Positions 13,530-26,340 of a stretch of 64,000 nt of DNA are shown here, piece after piece. Position 1 is the first letter of the stretch. The number at the start of each line of letters is the position of its first letter. The DNA is from the human T2T-CHM13v2.0 reference genome, Homo sapiens. The stretch lies in assembly GCF_009914755.1 (NCBI RefSeq), contig NC_060936.1. One strand, given 5' to 3'. The translations under genes were made by a program, and so were the position numbers. The notes under the pieces are model-generated. The model ran no database searches, was not told the origin of the DNA, and worked only from the letters and a program-made list of their open reading frames with translations.

Positions 13530-16500
13530 ATTCTTTGGAGAAATGTTTATTCAAATCATAAATCCTTTATCAGAAATATGTTTTACAAATATTTTCTCTC
13601 AGTCTGTGGTTTGCCCTTTTCATTTTCTTAATGTCTTTCAAAGAGCAAACATTTTAAATTTTGATGAAGTCCAATTTATCAATTTTTATTTTACAGCTGG
13701 GTTTTTTGTGTCCTGTGTAAGAAATCTTTACCCAACCTAAAGTCTCCAGGATTTTATCCAATGTTTTCTTTTAGAAGTGTCATAATTTTTGCTTTTACAT
13801 TTACGTTTATGACCATTTAGTTAGTACTGTATATATGAAGTAAGGGTCATAGTTCAGACCTTATAAATATCCAGTTGTTCCATTACCATTTGTTGAAAGA
13901 GCTGTACTATTTTTACATTGGTGCCTTTGTCAAAAATCAAGTGATCACATATATGCGAGCTGCTTTCTGGACTCTCTCTGCTGTTCTGTCGATCTATATG
14001 CCTGTTCCTATGCCAATATCACACTGCCTTAATTATTATAGCTTTATAGGAGGCCTTGAAGTCAGGTATTATAATTCCCCAAGTATGCTTTTATGTTTTT
14101 CTTTATTGCACTGGCTATGACTTCCAATACCAGGTTTAATAAAAGTGGTTAAGAGGAAAGCTTCAGTTTTTTACTATGAAGTATGATTCTAGCTGTAGGT
14201 TTTTTGTGGATGCCCTTTATCAGATTAAAGTGGTCAATTTGCTAATATTTTATTTAAATTTTTTCGCCTATGTTCCTAGAAAATATCACCCTATATTTTT
14301 CTTGTGATGCTTTTGTCTGGTTTTGATGGGAGGGTAATGCCGGCCTCATAATACAACTTGGGAAATATTCCTTCCTCTTCTATTTTCTGGAGGAATTTGT
14401 GTAGAAATTGTATCGTTTTTTTCCTCAAATATCTGGTAGAACTCACTTGCAAAGCTATCTGCTCCTGGAATTTTCACTGTGGGAAGGTTTTTAATTAAAA
14501 ATTATTTTTATTTAATAGATAAATATTTAATAGATAAATAAAATTATTAATTTTAAGTAAGCTACTTAAGTAATCTAATTTTTCTTGAATGAGCTTTGGT
14601 AAAAATACATTTGAAGGAATATATCTGTTTCATCTAAGTTGCTGAATTTATTGGCATAATGTTGTTTATAAGTTTCTCTTATTAACATTTAATGCCTGTT
14701 GGATAAGTAATTATATTCTGTTTTTCATTCCCGATATTGGTAGTTGATGTCTTCTCTCTTTTTTCCATTGTCTGGCTGGAAATTTATCAGTTTTATTGAT
14801 TCTTTCTAAGAACAATCTTTTGGTTTTGTTGATTTTCTCTGCCTTTTTTTGTTTGTTTTTGGTTTCATTGATTTGTGCTCCCATTTTTATTATTTACTTC
14901 CTTCTGTTTGCCTTGTGAATAATTTGTTCTTCTTTTTCTAGTTTATGCCAGAACTTTAGATTATTAATTTGAGTCCTTTCTTCTTTACTAATATAAGCAC
15001 TTAAGGCTAAAATTGTCCTTCTAAGTACTACTTTAGCTGCATCCCATAAATTTTGGCAAATTGTGTTTCCATTTTTATTCAGTTTAAAGTATTTTCTAGT
15101 TTTCTTTATAGTTATTTATTTAATTCATAGATTATTAAGTGTGCTGGGAATTTTTTTGATATCTTCATTTTATTTCTACTTAAATTCCATTGTCGTCAGA
15201 TAACATATTTTGTATGATTTTTGTCCTTTTAACTTCATAGAGACTTGTTTTAAGGCCCAGAATAGGATCTATCTTGGTATATGTTCCCTGTGGACTTTAA
15301 AACTATGTTTATTCCGCTATTGTTGGATGGAAGGTTTTATAACTGTCAACTGGATCAAGCTGGTGGATAATGTTCTTCAAGTCTTCCATATCTTATTCAT
15401 TTTCTGAACATTTATTTATCAATTATTGGAAAAGGGGAGTATTAAAATGTCCTATTATAATTGTGGATTAATCTATTTCTCTTCTCAATTTTTGCTTAAT
15501 TTTAAAACTTTAAAAATTAGTTGCATACACATTTAAAGTTATGTTTTCTTGATGAATTAACTCCTTTATTATTATGAAATGTCCCTCTTTTTCCCCAGCT
15601 GTATTCCTTGTTCTGAAGTCCACTTTGATACTACTATACTAAGCCAGCTTTCTTTTTTCAGTGTTTGCATTATATACCATTTTCTCTCTTTTACTTTTAA
15701 CCTATCTGTGTATTTATGTTTAAAGTAGCTTTCTTTGTTAACAACCTATATTTGGGTCTTTTAAAATCAAATTAAATTTAATTAAAAAAATTTTTAGAGA
15801 CAGGGTCTCACTCTGTCTCCCAGGCTGGAATGCATGGTGTGATCATAGCTAACTGCAGCCTCTAACTCCTGGGCTCAAGAGATCATCCTGCCTCAGCCTC
15901 CCAAGTAGCCAGACTACAGGTGCACACCCTTTTCCCAAGTAATTTTTTACTTTTTGTAGAGGCGGGATCTTGCAATGTCATCCAGGCTGGTCTTGAACTC
16001 CTGGCTCCAAGCAATCCTCCCACCTTGGCCTCCCAAAGTGCTCAGATTACAGGCATGAGCCACCACACTTGGCCAGATATTTTTTAAAAAAAAAATCTAA
16101 TATGAGAACCTCTTCCTTTTAGTTGGAATATTTAGACTATTTACATTTAATGTAATTATTGATATAGTTAGGTTTAAACCTACTATCTTGTTGTTTTCTA
16201 TTTCTTATCTTTCTTCCTTTTTCCCTTTTTTTCCTTTACTTTGCTTATATTGGGTATTTTTATTATTCTAGTTTTCCATTTACTTTTGGCTAATTAGCTA
16301 TTTCTTTGTTGGTTTGTGTTTAGTGGTTGCCTTTGGATTTATAATATGTGTATTTAAACTTATTACAGTCTATCTTTAAAAATTTATGCTATATACACAT
16401 TTAACACGAGAACCCCACAACAGATTACTTCCATTCCCCTTCTTTTTGCCCTTGTTGTCATATATTTTGTTCTACGTGTTACAAACTATAAAATGTTATC

Positions 16501-18010
16501 ATTTTTGCTTTATCTGTCAATTATCCTTTAAATATGCAAAAAGTGAGAAAGACAATTTAATATCTACCTTCACATTTATCATTTCTGGCCCTTGCTCTTT
16601 TGCATAACTCCACACATCTGGTCTCATTTTCTTTCAACCTGAAAAATTTCCTTATTCCTTGTATTATAGGTCTGCTGGCAGCAAATTATCTCATCTTTTG
16701 TTTAACTAAAAATTCTTGATCAAATTTGAAAATGTGTGGCCATTACTTGGCCATTACTTCTCTAAATATTCTTTCCTGCCCCTACACTCTTTCTAGGACT
16801 CTACTTATATGTTAGACCACTTGATGTTGCTCCATTGATCATGAATGCTTTGTTCATTTTTTAAAGTTTTTGTTTTCTTGGTGTGCTTCATTTTGAATAT
16901 TTTCTAATTGCTCTTTCTTCAAGTTTACTGATTCTTAATCCTGCGGTTAATGCCATCCCAGGGAAATTTTCATTTCAGATGTTGTATTTTTTATTTCTAT
17001 AAGTTCCATTTGGATCTTTAAAAGTGTTACATTTCTTTCCTTATAATGATCACATGTCCTTTATATCCTTGAGAATGTGGAAGTGTGTGTGTGTGTGTGT
17101 GTGTGTGTAATCTTTTAAAGTCATTATCTGCTAATCCATCATCACTATCATTTTTAGGTCTGCTTATATTGACTAATTTTTCTCCTGATTACTGTTCCAA
17201 TTTTCTTGCCTTTTTGTATGTCTAGCAACTTTTAATTTGATGGTGGATATTTAATTTTACATTTTTCAGGCTGGGTTTTACTATACTCTTTAAAGGGGTG
17301 TTGGACATTTTCTGGCAGGCAATTACATTACTTATGGATTAGACTGATCCTCTTCAGGTTTGTTTTTAAACTCAGTTAAAGTGGGTCTGGAGCAGCCTTT
17401 ATTCTAGAGCTGATTTAACCCCATTTGTAAGGTGTGGTCTTTCTGAGGGTTCCACTTAATTCCATGAATATTTAATGAGGTCTTTTACACTTGCTAGAAG
17501 CAATTCAAATAACTCCCGGCATTGTGTAACCTCTGGGAAATATTTTTCATATAGCACCTCAGCAATTGTCCTTTCCTTGTAAGTTGTTCTCTTCTGGCCT
17601 TGTAGGATTTTACTCTATGCATGCACTTACTGGCATTCATTCAAAGACACAAAAGGACCTCTATCCAAATTTCTGATGCTCTTTCTTAGTGTAGCTCTCT
17701 TCACTTGCGTACCCTGCTCTGCACCTAATTCTAGCCACCTAGGCATTTCAGAATTTCAGTCTAACTCCTCGACTCAGAGAGACTGTATGGAATTTCCTTC
17801 TGTGAACCACAGTCTGGTAATTACCTCAGACAGAAAGTCTTGGCAATGTGGACCTTACCTCCTTTGTTCCCTTTTCTAAGGAATCATAGTTCATTTCTGC
17901 CTGTTGTTCAGTGTCTGAAAATTGTTATTGTCTATATTTTGTCCATTTTTCTAGTATTTTATTGTGGGAAGTTAATTCTGGACTGTCTTATCCTGTCATA
18001 GGTGGATGCA
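13530..18010 (-). mobile_element. Old L1M fragments, interrupted by an AluJ at ~15790-16074
   Basis: T-rich decayed L1 ORF2/ORF1 sequence. Confidence 0.85.
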
Positions 18011-18775
18011 GAAAAATGCCTGTTTTAATACCTATAGTTAAGCCAACATCTTATGGTTATTTAGTTAATCCCTTAACACTAAGAGTTTAGTGTTATTTCT
18101 CTAGTTTTAAATATTATGTTTCATAATGCTTTTTCTAATTATTTCTATGTAAAACATTATACCTAGTGCCAATGAGAACATTATTATTAAAAATGATTTT
18201 TTTCCTTTAGAGGATATTTTCTTAAGATTTAGAGTTACCAAAACAAAGGATATGAACAACTTTATAGTTCTCATTGCAGTATTTCCTGATTGTCTCCAGA
18301 AAGATAAGACTCATTTACAGTGCCTCTAGGAGTATGAATACATATTTCTCCTGATTGCTAGCATTGGACTTTATCACTCTAATTTATTTTCATTAGTTGA
18401 ACCCGTGAGTAATGGTGCCTAGAAGATGGTTCAATTTGTTATTTTTTCTCATAGTGCTAGGAGTGCATTTTCTCAATAGATAATTAAATGTCTGATTTTT
18501 CTTGTATATAAACTATCTGTTCATCAATCTTGATGATATAGCAAGTGGAATTATGGTATTTATATTATAGGACCTCATTACATTTGGTAGAATTGTACGC
18601 TATTATCTGTTGTGTTTTTCACATAGCTTAATCCCCTCTTTTAGTTTACAAGTAACTTTCATTTTTCAGTCTTCTTTAAGCAACAGATTGTTAGATTTTG
18701 TTCTTAATTCTGTTACTGGTTCCTCTTCCTCCTCCGCCTCCTCCTCTTCTTCTCATCTCTTCTTCTTCTTCTTCT

Positions 18776-19106
<331 letters not shown>

Positions 19107-20940
19107 TGATATATTTATGCTTTTTACTACTTCCTAAGTCTATTTTTAAGGGCTGCTATGGCCTGCTTTCTCTTTTTATTTGCATTGCCACTGTAGTAAA
19201 TTTTAGCATCTTGATTTCCCTTCATTCTGCACTCCCAATCTACTGGACTCTAAATTCCATGTCTGTGTTGTGAAACCATGTCTGTGTTGTAACTGCCATA
19301 TTCTCAGTATCTAGCACAGTATCTGGCACATTGATGTATTCATTTAAAAATAATTACTGAGACCCTGCCGTGAATGCCATGGAGACCAGGTATATGTGAC
19401 TTAACCCCAGTAATCAGCTCTTTTCAGGAATCTAGTTTTATCTTGTGCTTCTCATATTTTATTGTCTGTTTTATAGTTATTAATGTTTCTTTGTTAACTG
19501 TGCCCTCTGGGGATGTCCTAGACAATTTCTCTTTCAGAAGGGTTTTCATGTAATTCAAATCTGCCTTGCCCCTGATGGAAGTTCTTGCAGCTGTGGGATG
19601 TGGGGTTGACAAATTATTTCAGTACCTCTGACATATCTCATATTAGCTCATAAAAGGTCAACCTGGCCTAGGTTAAAGGTCAAGCAAAAGGCCAATCAGA
19701 CCTTGAAAGGTCAACCTGACCAGCCCTGCAAGGATACTGACAACTCCATTTCTCTTAGTTTTGTATGTTTTCCCCGAAGCCTTCCTTTTCTGTTCTCTAT
19801 AGTTTAAGGGGTAAACTCCAGATTTGTTTTCTTCTTACATCTCTCAATGCTTCCTTTCTTTTTAAATCCTTAAAAGAGGCTGTCTTTAATTCTGATGTCT
19901 AAACATTGACCAGAAACTGTCTTTCTTAGAATGTTACTCTTCAATTTTTAAATTAATGTTATTCTTTAATTTTTTGAATGTGGATTTCTGTCATTCTCTC
20001 CCAGTGACTGAATCAAGATTGCCATTCAGGATAGAATACGGATCTTTAATGATTTTCTTGGCCCTAGTGTATCCCTTGAAGCCTTAGACACTGTTGGGAT
20101 CTGCTTGTCCTATTCTATTTAATGAGTTCTTCCCAGGACTCCCAAGATCTGTCCATTTTTCCTGCATTCTAGTCTCTGTGTCTGCGATTTGGTATTGATT
20201 TAGGTTGCTGTGCAGGTGCATCTCCCACCTTATTGACTAGCTTTTTGAGCTGATGCAATAGCATCTGTGTAAACTTTTCCAAACACTTGGTTCAAATGAA
20301 ATCTTATGCAGAAGTCCAATCTGAAAAAAAGGCATACCCAGTGCTGCTTTGGTCATTGGTGGTGGTGAGGGAAGAGGATTGAGAGGGTATGGAGCCCTTC
20401 CAACTTCTCCATCCCCCATCGCCATAAGTCCCCAAGATAATTCTGAGAACCCAAGGATTCCAGGTAGTTTTACTCAAGCTGCACTTGCATCAGGTCTGCT
20501 TTCCCACCTTGGTTTTACGTCCTAGACACATTTATAAGCCTGAGTTCTGTCTTTCATGTTTGCTCAACTTCCCTTTTTAATACTATCATTTCTTACTTAA
20601 TATTTTACATTAACCTATGTCTTATCCCTCATGCTTCCTCGAGGGTCTTTAGAAAACTAGGCAGATTTGGTTAATTTTTAAAACATCTATTTACACTTAG
20701 GGATTGTGAAGAAGCCAGGAAATAAGTGTTTTGGATTTCTAAAATACACATATGGGCATCTTTTTATTTATTAACAGCTTTTATATGTTTTCAATATTAT
20801 TCCTTAAAGCAGCTGTTTCTTTGAGTTCTCTTTCACACCTGCCTGTCACTTAGAATTTCCATTTGTTAATTTACAAATCCAAATTGGAAGCAACAAAAGC
20901 AAAGCACAAGGTAATTTTCCTGATTTTAAATTTTACTTAT

Positions 20941-21016
20941 AAATTTGAGGGTCATTTAGAAGCTCTGTGCATACCCAGCTAGGGTCACAGAGAAGCCACT
21001 GGCTTTTACTCTATCC
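20941..21016 (-). pseudogene. Pseudo-exon N (phase 0->1, donor mutated)
   Basis: tatttag | G*SKSQWLLCDPSWVCTELLNDPQI | ataagt (GT>AT). Confidence 0.45.
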
Positions 21017-21347
21017 CTAAATACTGTTTTTGAGGTGCAAATACTAATATAGGACTTACCAGACTTATAATAGTTAGGTTTGTGTGGTTTTCCTCCATTA
21101 AATTGTAAGGCCCTGAAGGAAGCATTTTTCTCTTTATCCATTATTGTACTTAGTACGATGCAGGTGAATAATACATACTTAAATGGGAAGGGCATCATCT
21201 ATTTTTACTTCCAGAAAGTCTTAAGAAAGCCAATTAAAAATTTTAATTATCTTGGCATTAGAAAAAATCGGAGATAAAGTGACTTAGAGAGGGAAAGAGA
21301 GTGTGGATAATGTTTCTCTCCCAGATGGAAAAGGACACGATGTTCAC

Positions 21348-21473
21348 TATTGATCTCAAGAGGGCACATTTTCAGATGACAAGTGGCTCTTCAGGATAGT
21401 TAAATGGCAAAATGTCTGGGATGACATAGGACCAGTCGTGCTTTAATGTGGAAAATACAAAAGGGGAACACAT
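21348..21473 (-). pseudogene. Pseudo-exon M (phase 0->0)
   Basis: ctcttgtgtctatgtggtttag | MCSPFVFSTLKHDWSYVIPDILPFNYPEEPLVI*KCALLRSI | gtgaac. Confidence 0.6.
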
Positions 21474-21680
21474 CTAAACCACATAGACACAAGAGTGGTT
21501 TGGGATCACTGTGTAGTTGGGAGCCATTATTTCCATGGCTTGTTTTGGCAATAGGGACCCAACAATGAGCTCAGCCCCACTAGTAAGAATGAGCAGCAAC
21601 ACAACATGGCAGGCATGACTCTTTTCCTACTGGGCACATGTGTACCTTCCCTCAGTCACATGAGGTCTGAGCTGCCTCAC

Positions 21681-21783
21681 CTGGAGCTGATCTCTCAGGG
21701 CCTAGGCCGGGGCCTCTGCCACAATCAGCAGTTTGTTGGCCAACATTATTCGGTTTATGTAATTTGAGGTGCTGGGCAAGGGT
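21681..21783 (-). pseudogene. Pseudo-exon L (phase 2->0)
   Basis: acttag | PLPSTSNYINRIMLANKLLIVAEAPA*ALRDQLQ | CAG-gtgagg. Confidence 0.6.
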
Positions 21784-21790
21784 CTAAGTA

Positions 21791-22085
21791 GAGTTGTTGC
21801 TTGGGATTCATGGGGGATTGATTCCAGGACCCCTACAGATGCCAAAATCCAGAGATACTCAAGTACATTATATAAAATACTATAGTACTTGCATATAACC
21901 TATACCCATCCTCCTGTATATTTTAAATTATCTCTAGTTTAATTGATGTACATGTTATATAAATAGTTGTTATACTGTATTTAAAAATTTTGTTATTGTT
22001 ATATTGGGTTTCTCTCCCAAATACTTTTGATCTGTGCTTGGTTGAATCAGCCAGTGCCAAACCCACAATATGGAGGGCAGACAGT
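21791..22085. mobile_element. MER2 (TcMar-Tigger)
   Basis: gggggattgattccaggacccc...ccaaaatcc...atatggagggcagac. Confidence 0.85.
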
Positions 22086-22236
22086 AAATTCCTACCAGGC
22101 TTGGCTTATCAATTCATTCATTCCACATGCATTTATTGAGACACTGAGGAATATCAAAATGAGTCAAAATACTTGTCCTCAATTTGGTCACAAAATAGAT
22201 GATAATAAAGCCATATATGGTAAGGGCATAGCTCAC

Positions 22237-22366
22237 CATCTTGGGGGACAATCCTGCTTAGACAATGCTACTTTATCACTGATATTTGCTGCTCTGTGAT
22301 TGACTATGATTCCTTGCTTCTTAATGTGGAAATAAGCCTCTTTCAATATAAATTTCAGTCAGGCTC
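22237..22366 (-). pseudogene. Pseudo-exon K (phase 1->2)
   Basis: ttatttctcag | A*LKFILKEAYFHIKKQGIIVNHRAANISDKVALSKQDCPPR | ATG-gtgagc. Confidence 0.6.
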
Positions 22367-22369
22367 CTG

Positions 22370-23760
22370 AGAAATAACCACCATAGAAATGCTCAATTGT
22401 CCTAATTATTCTACAGTGAAACCCATTTGTCAACAAATGAAGCCCATGCATGGTCTTACTCTTACGATACATAAGCATACAGCCAGGAATCTCCAAATAT
22501 TTGGGAAAGCCAACCAACGCAAGAGGAAGAGCACAAAGCGAAGGCAAAAAATAAATCTAGAGGAAATACAGAAGATTAAAACAGACAAAAAAAAAAAAAA
22601 ACAAGTAGAGGTAAGACAGGATATTATATACATAAAACAAGAAATGCCAGAAACAAGGAGAATAAGCAATAGAGAATAGAGAATAAAAAGAGCTCTTGGA
22701 AATTAAATATAGCACAGCCAAAATAAATTTAATTGAAGGATAGGGAGATAAAGTTGAAGAAATCTCATAGAAAAAATGTTTTAAAATACACAGATAGAAA
22801 ACGAGAGATGGAAGAGGTGGTTTATCTACCCAGGAGGTACAATTTCCATCTAATAAGAATTCCAGGAAGATAAAACAGTGAATAGGAAATTATCAAAAAG
22901 TAGTGCAAGTTTTCCCAGAAGTAAAGGAGGGACTCTGTGTGCTCAGCACAGTGAATAAACAAATGCCCACACCAAGAGGCTTATCACAAAGTTTCATAAC
23001 GCCAGGAACAAATCCTTCTGGTAAAAGAAAATAAAGACAAATAGATAAATAAAACTACCATATAATGGGGAAGGCAAGTCATAAAAATTACAATATAATG
23101 AGGTGTCTTTAGGTTGAAGATGATATACTGAGCAATTGAGTTTACCACCTCTTAGTCCTAGCAACGCATCAGGATTGAAATAGAATCAAGTCATAAAATT
23201 GCTGAGAATAGAAAAGAGAGTGGGCATCTGCATTCTTAGATTGTGGCTACCAATGGATGGAAAGTGGATGGGGTGACACGAAATTGCAGGGAATGAGCCC
23301 CCATCCCCAGACATACTGTAGAGAGCTCTTTCCTCCAGGTGCCCTCAGAGTCAGCAGGTACAATGGGCGAATTTCAGACAAAGAGCAGACGTTGATAGAA
23401 ATTGCAGAAAAACATCAAGTACCTGCTTCCCTTACCCCTATGAGTGATGGTGGCATTTGCCCCCAGGCTTAAACCAAATAAACATCCTCTAAAAAGTTGA
23501 ACTAGAATTTAGGGTTCCTCTAGTAGTGGTTGAGTTCTCAAAGTAGGGAAAGCCATCCCCATTGAACATTTGGAAGAGAAAGTATGTCTGCTTGTTCCTA
23601 ACCTGGACATGTTTTCATGAAAGCTTTTAGTGATGCCCACCATTGGATATGCCCTACACCCCTAAACACAAACACACACACACACCACACACAGAAAAAC
23701 ACCCACATTATATAGTCAACCATATCAGGCAAAAAGAGAGGCCAGTAAAGACAGAGAAAA
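22370..23760 (+). mobile_element. HAL1/old L1 ORF1-like fragments
   Basis: A-rich decayed ORF1-type sequence; similar material at ~26830-28120. Confidence 0.65.
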
Positions 23761-23791
23761 TCATGCCAATGACCTAAGTGAATGAACCTAC

Positions 23792-24742
23792 TGACACAGG
23801 ATCCTTTCAGTGCTGCTTTGCCAGCCAGAAATTTCCATGGCCAATGGTGCCCCTGCCCAGGCTTTCCTTGGCCCTTGGTTTGACACTGGGCTCACTCTGC
23901 CCACTTGGCTTGACAGGCTATGCTTGGCTTGTGCCCTGTCCTGGATCCTGCACCCACCTCAGGATCTGTGCTCAGCCTGCAGCTGAGCCAGTTGTGCCGT
24001 GACCTGCTTCTGCCTTGGGCACCAGCATCTGGATGAGGGGAATGTGGTGGCACCCAGAAACTCAGAGATGCCGGTAACCACTGAGCCCCAAAGGGCATTA
24101 TGGCTCTCACCTGGGGAGTCTCAAGGTTTGAGCCCCCAAGAAGTGTTACAGCCCTCTCTTGTCCCCGCCTCCTGCAGTGTGCGGCAAATGGGGGATGTGT
24201 TATAGCTCATTTGTGTTACAGCTCATTCGTTCCTGCTGCCTGCAGTGTGGTGAATGGGCGTGTGTGGTGCCCAGTGTCTTTTACTCCCCAGTTGCTTGGT
24301 AAGCAGGAGGGAGAATTACAGTGTTACAGCTCTTTTTGCCCCAACATTCAGCAGATTCCAGGTTCTTGTCCTATGACCAAGAAGAATGAGGTTATGTGGA
24401 CACCAGAGAGTGAGCAAGGCAGGGAAGAATTTTACTGAGTGACAGAAAAGCTCTTGACAACAAGAGGGGGCCCAAAAGCAGGTAGCCCAATGTGTGGCTG
24501 AGTCCGGGGTTTTTATGGGCTCAGAATGGGAGAGTGTGTACTGATAGTCCATGGGCAGGCCTGGAAAAAGCACCATTTGATTGGCTAAAAGGCATTGAGG
24601 AAGTTCTCACTCCAGTTGTGGACTCTACCTGGAACTGGCAGCTCAGTTTTTAGACTTTAAGCTATTTTTGGCTTGAAAGTTGGGTTTCACCAGGGACCTA
24701 TCCCTGTCTGCTGAGAAATCTGTCTGCTTCCTTTCACTATCA
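23792..24742 (-). mobile_element. ERV1 solo LTR (LTR28/LTR27/MER52 group)
   Basis: TG...CA termini; near 4-bp TSD ctac/ctaa; CCAAT, CATAAAAA and AGTAAA on the minus strand. Confidence 0.8.
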
Positions 24743-24879
24743 CTAATACCATAAGACATTCAAGGAAAAGCTACTTCACAAAGGAGAAAAATTTAGGGGA
24801 ACAAAGAAAACAATGAATGCTACATATCAATCTGGGTTTTTAGCTGCAGAGTGAAGTGTCTACTCTACCTGGGTTTATA

Positions 24880-25845
24880 CATTTATTCAACAAATATTTA
24901 AAGGCCTACAATGAACCAGGTACTTTTTCAGGTGTTGGTGGTACAGCAACGAATAGATTGGACATGACCCCTTCCTTTCAGTCAAGTGCAATCAGGCCTT
25001 CTGGGTGAAGAATGGCCAGTGCAGAGGCCCTGAGATGACAGCAGGCTTTGTGTATTTGAGGAGCAGCAGGGTAGCAGTGTAACTTGGGAAGATAGCACAG
25101 GGAAGCATAGTAGGAGGTAAGGTAAGGCCACATAAAGCCCTTCAAGAGACTGTCTTTACTATGAAAGAGAGGGGAGCCACTGGAGAGCTTTGAGCAAAGG
25201 AGTAAAATGATCTGATTTTACACAGATCACTTTGGCTGTGTGCGGAAAAGGCTCTAGAGGGTCAAAATGGAAGACAGGAGACCAGTGAGGTGGCTATTGC
25301 AATAATCCATACCAGAAGTGACAGTGATTTGGTACAGGGTAGTAGTAGTAGAGGTGATGAAAAATGATCAAATTTTAGAGACATTTTAAAGATATAATTG
25401 GATTTGCTGGTGGTTTGGCATCAGTTATGAGAGAGGAAGAAAGGTAAAGGATGGCTTCCAAGTTTTTGGCCTCAGCAACTAGAAGGATAGAGTAAGATAA
25501 ATATAAAGATAATGATGAAACTAAGAAAAATAGCTAAAACTTTTATAGTACTTACTATGCGTGATCAACTGTTTTAAGCACTCAACATATATTCATTAAT
25601 TTCAACCTCACAATAGTCCTATAAGTTAGCTAGTCTTATTAGCATTTTTCAGATTAAAATATCAAGGAACTTACCCACGGATATACACCTAGTGAGTGGC
25701 AGAACTGAGACTCAAACTCAGTAGCTTGGCTTAGTACTCTTAACCACTATTTTCTTTTTTTTTAGGAAAGACTATGAGAGGAGCGTGTTGAGGGCAGACT
25801 TGAAGATCAGGAGTTCGGTTCTAGACAAGTTAAATTTATGACACC
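24880..25845. mobile_element. L2 interrupted by a MIR-containing segment (25496-25760)
   Basis: L2 motifs attcaacaaatattt, gggagccactggagagctttgagca, gatcaggagttc. Confidence 0.75.
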
Positions 25846-26340
25846 TATATTCATTATCTGTTGCTGCAAAATAACACTCAGTGGCTGAAAAACCCCAAAC
25901 ATTTATTATCTCACAGCTTCTGTGAGTTTGATCTTGAGTGCAGTTTAGCTGAGTATCTGTGGCCCAAAGTCTCTCTTGGAGTCACTGGGGCTTGGGCTGT
26001 GGTCTCATTGGAAAGTTTGACTGAGAGTGAGGGATCTGCTTCCCCTCTAACTCACATGGTTTTTGGGAGGCATTGGTCCCTCACCACAGAGGCCGCTCTG
26101 CAGGGCTACCTTATAATATGAGAGTTGGCTTTTCTCAGGTTGAGTCATCCAAGAAAGGGCTAGAGAGAGTGAGTGCCCAAGATGAAAGGCACAGTCCTTT
26201 TATAACGTAATCTTGGAGTGACATCCATCACATCTACCCTATTCTATTAATTAGGAGTGAGTTAACATGCCCAGCGAGCCCACACTCAAGGAAAGAGGAT
26301 TACACATGGGCACAAATGCCAGGTGGTGTGGTTCACTGCA
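25846..26340 (-). mobile_element. MLT1-type MaLR LTR
   Basis: acatttattatctcacagcttctgtg and other MLT1 motifs. Confidence 0.75.

Noticed and set aside
20941-21016. DPQI resemblance to the alpha-kinase TDPQI motif
   Set aside because: No DxQG motif or other alpha-kinase motifs in the neighbouring exons; likely chance.
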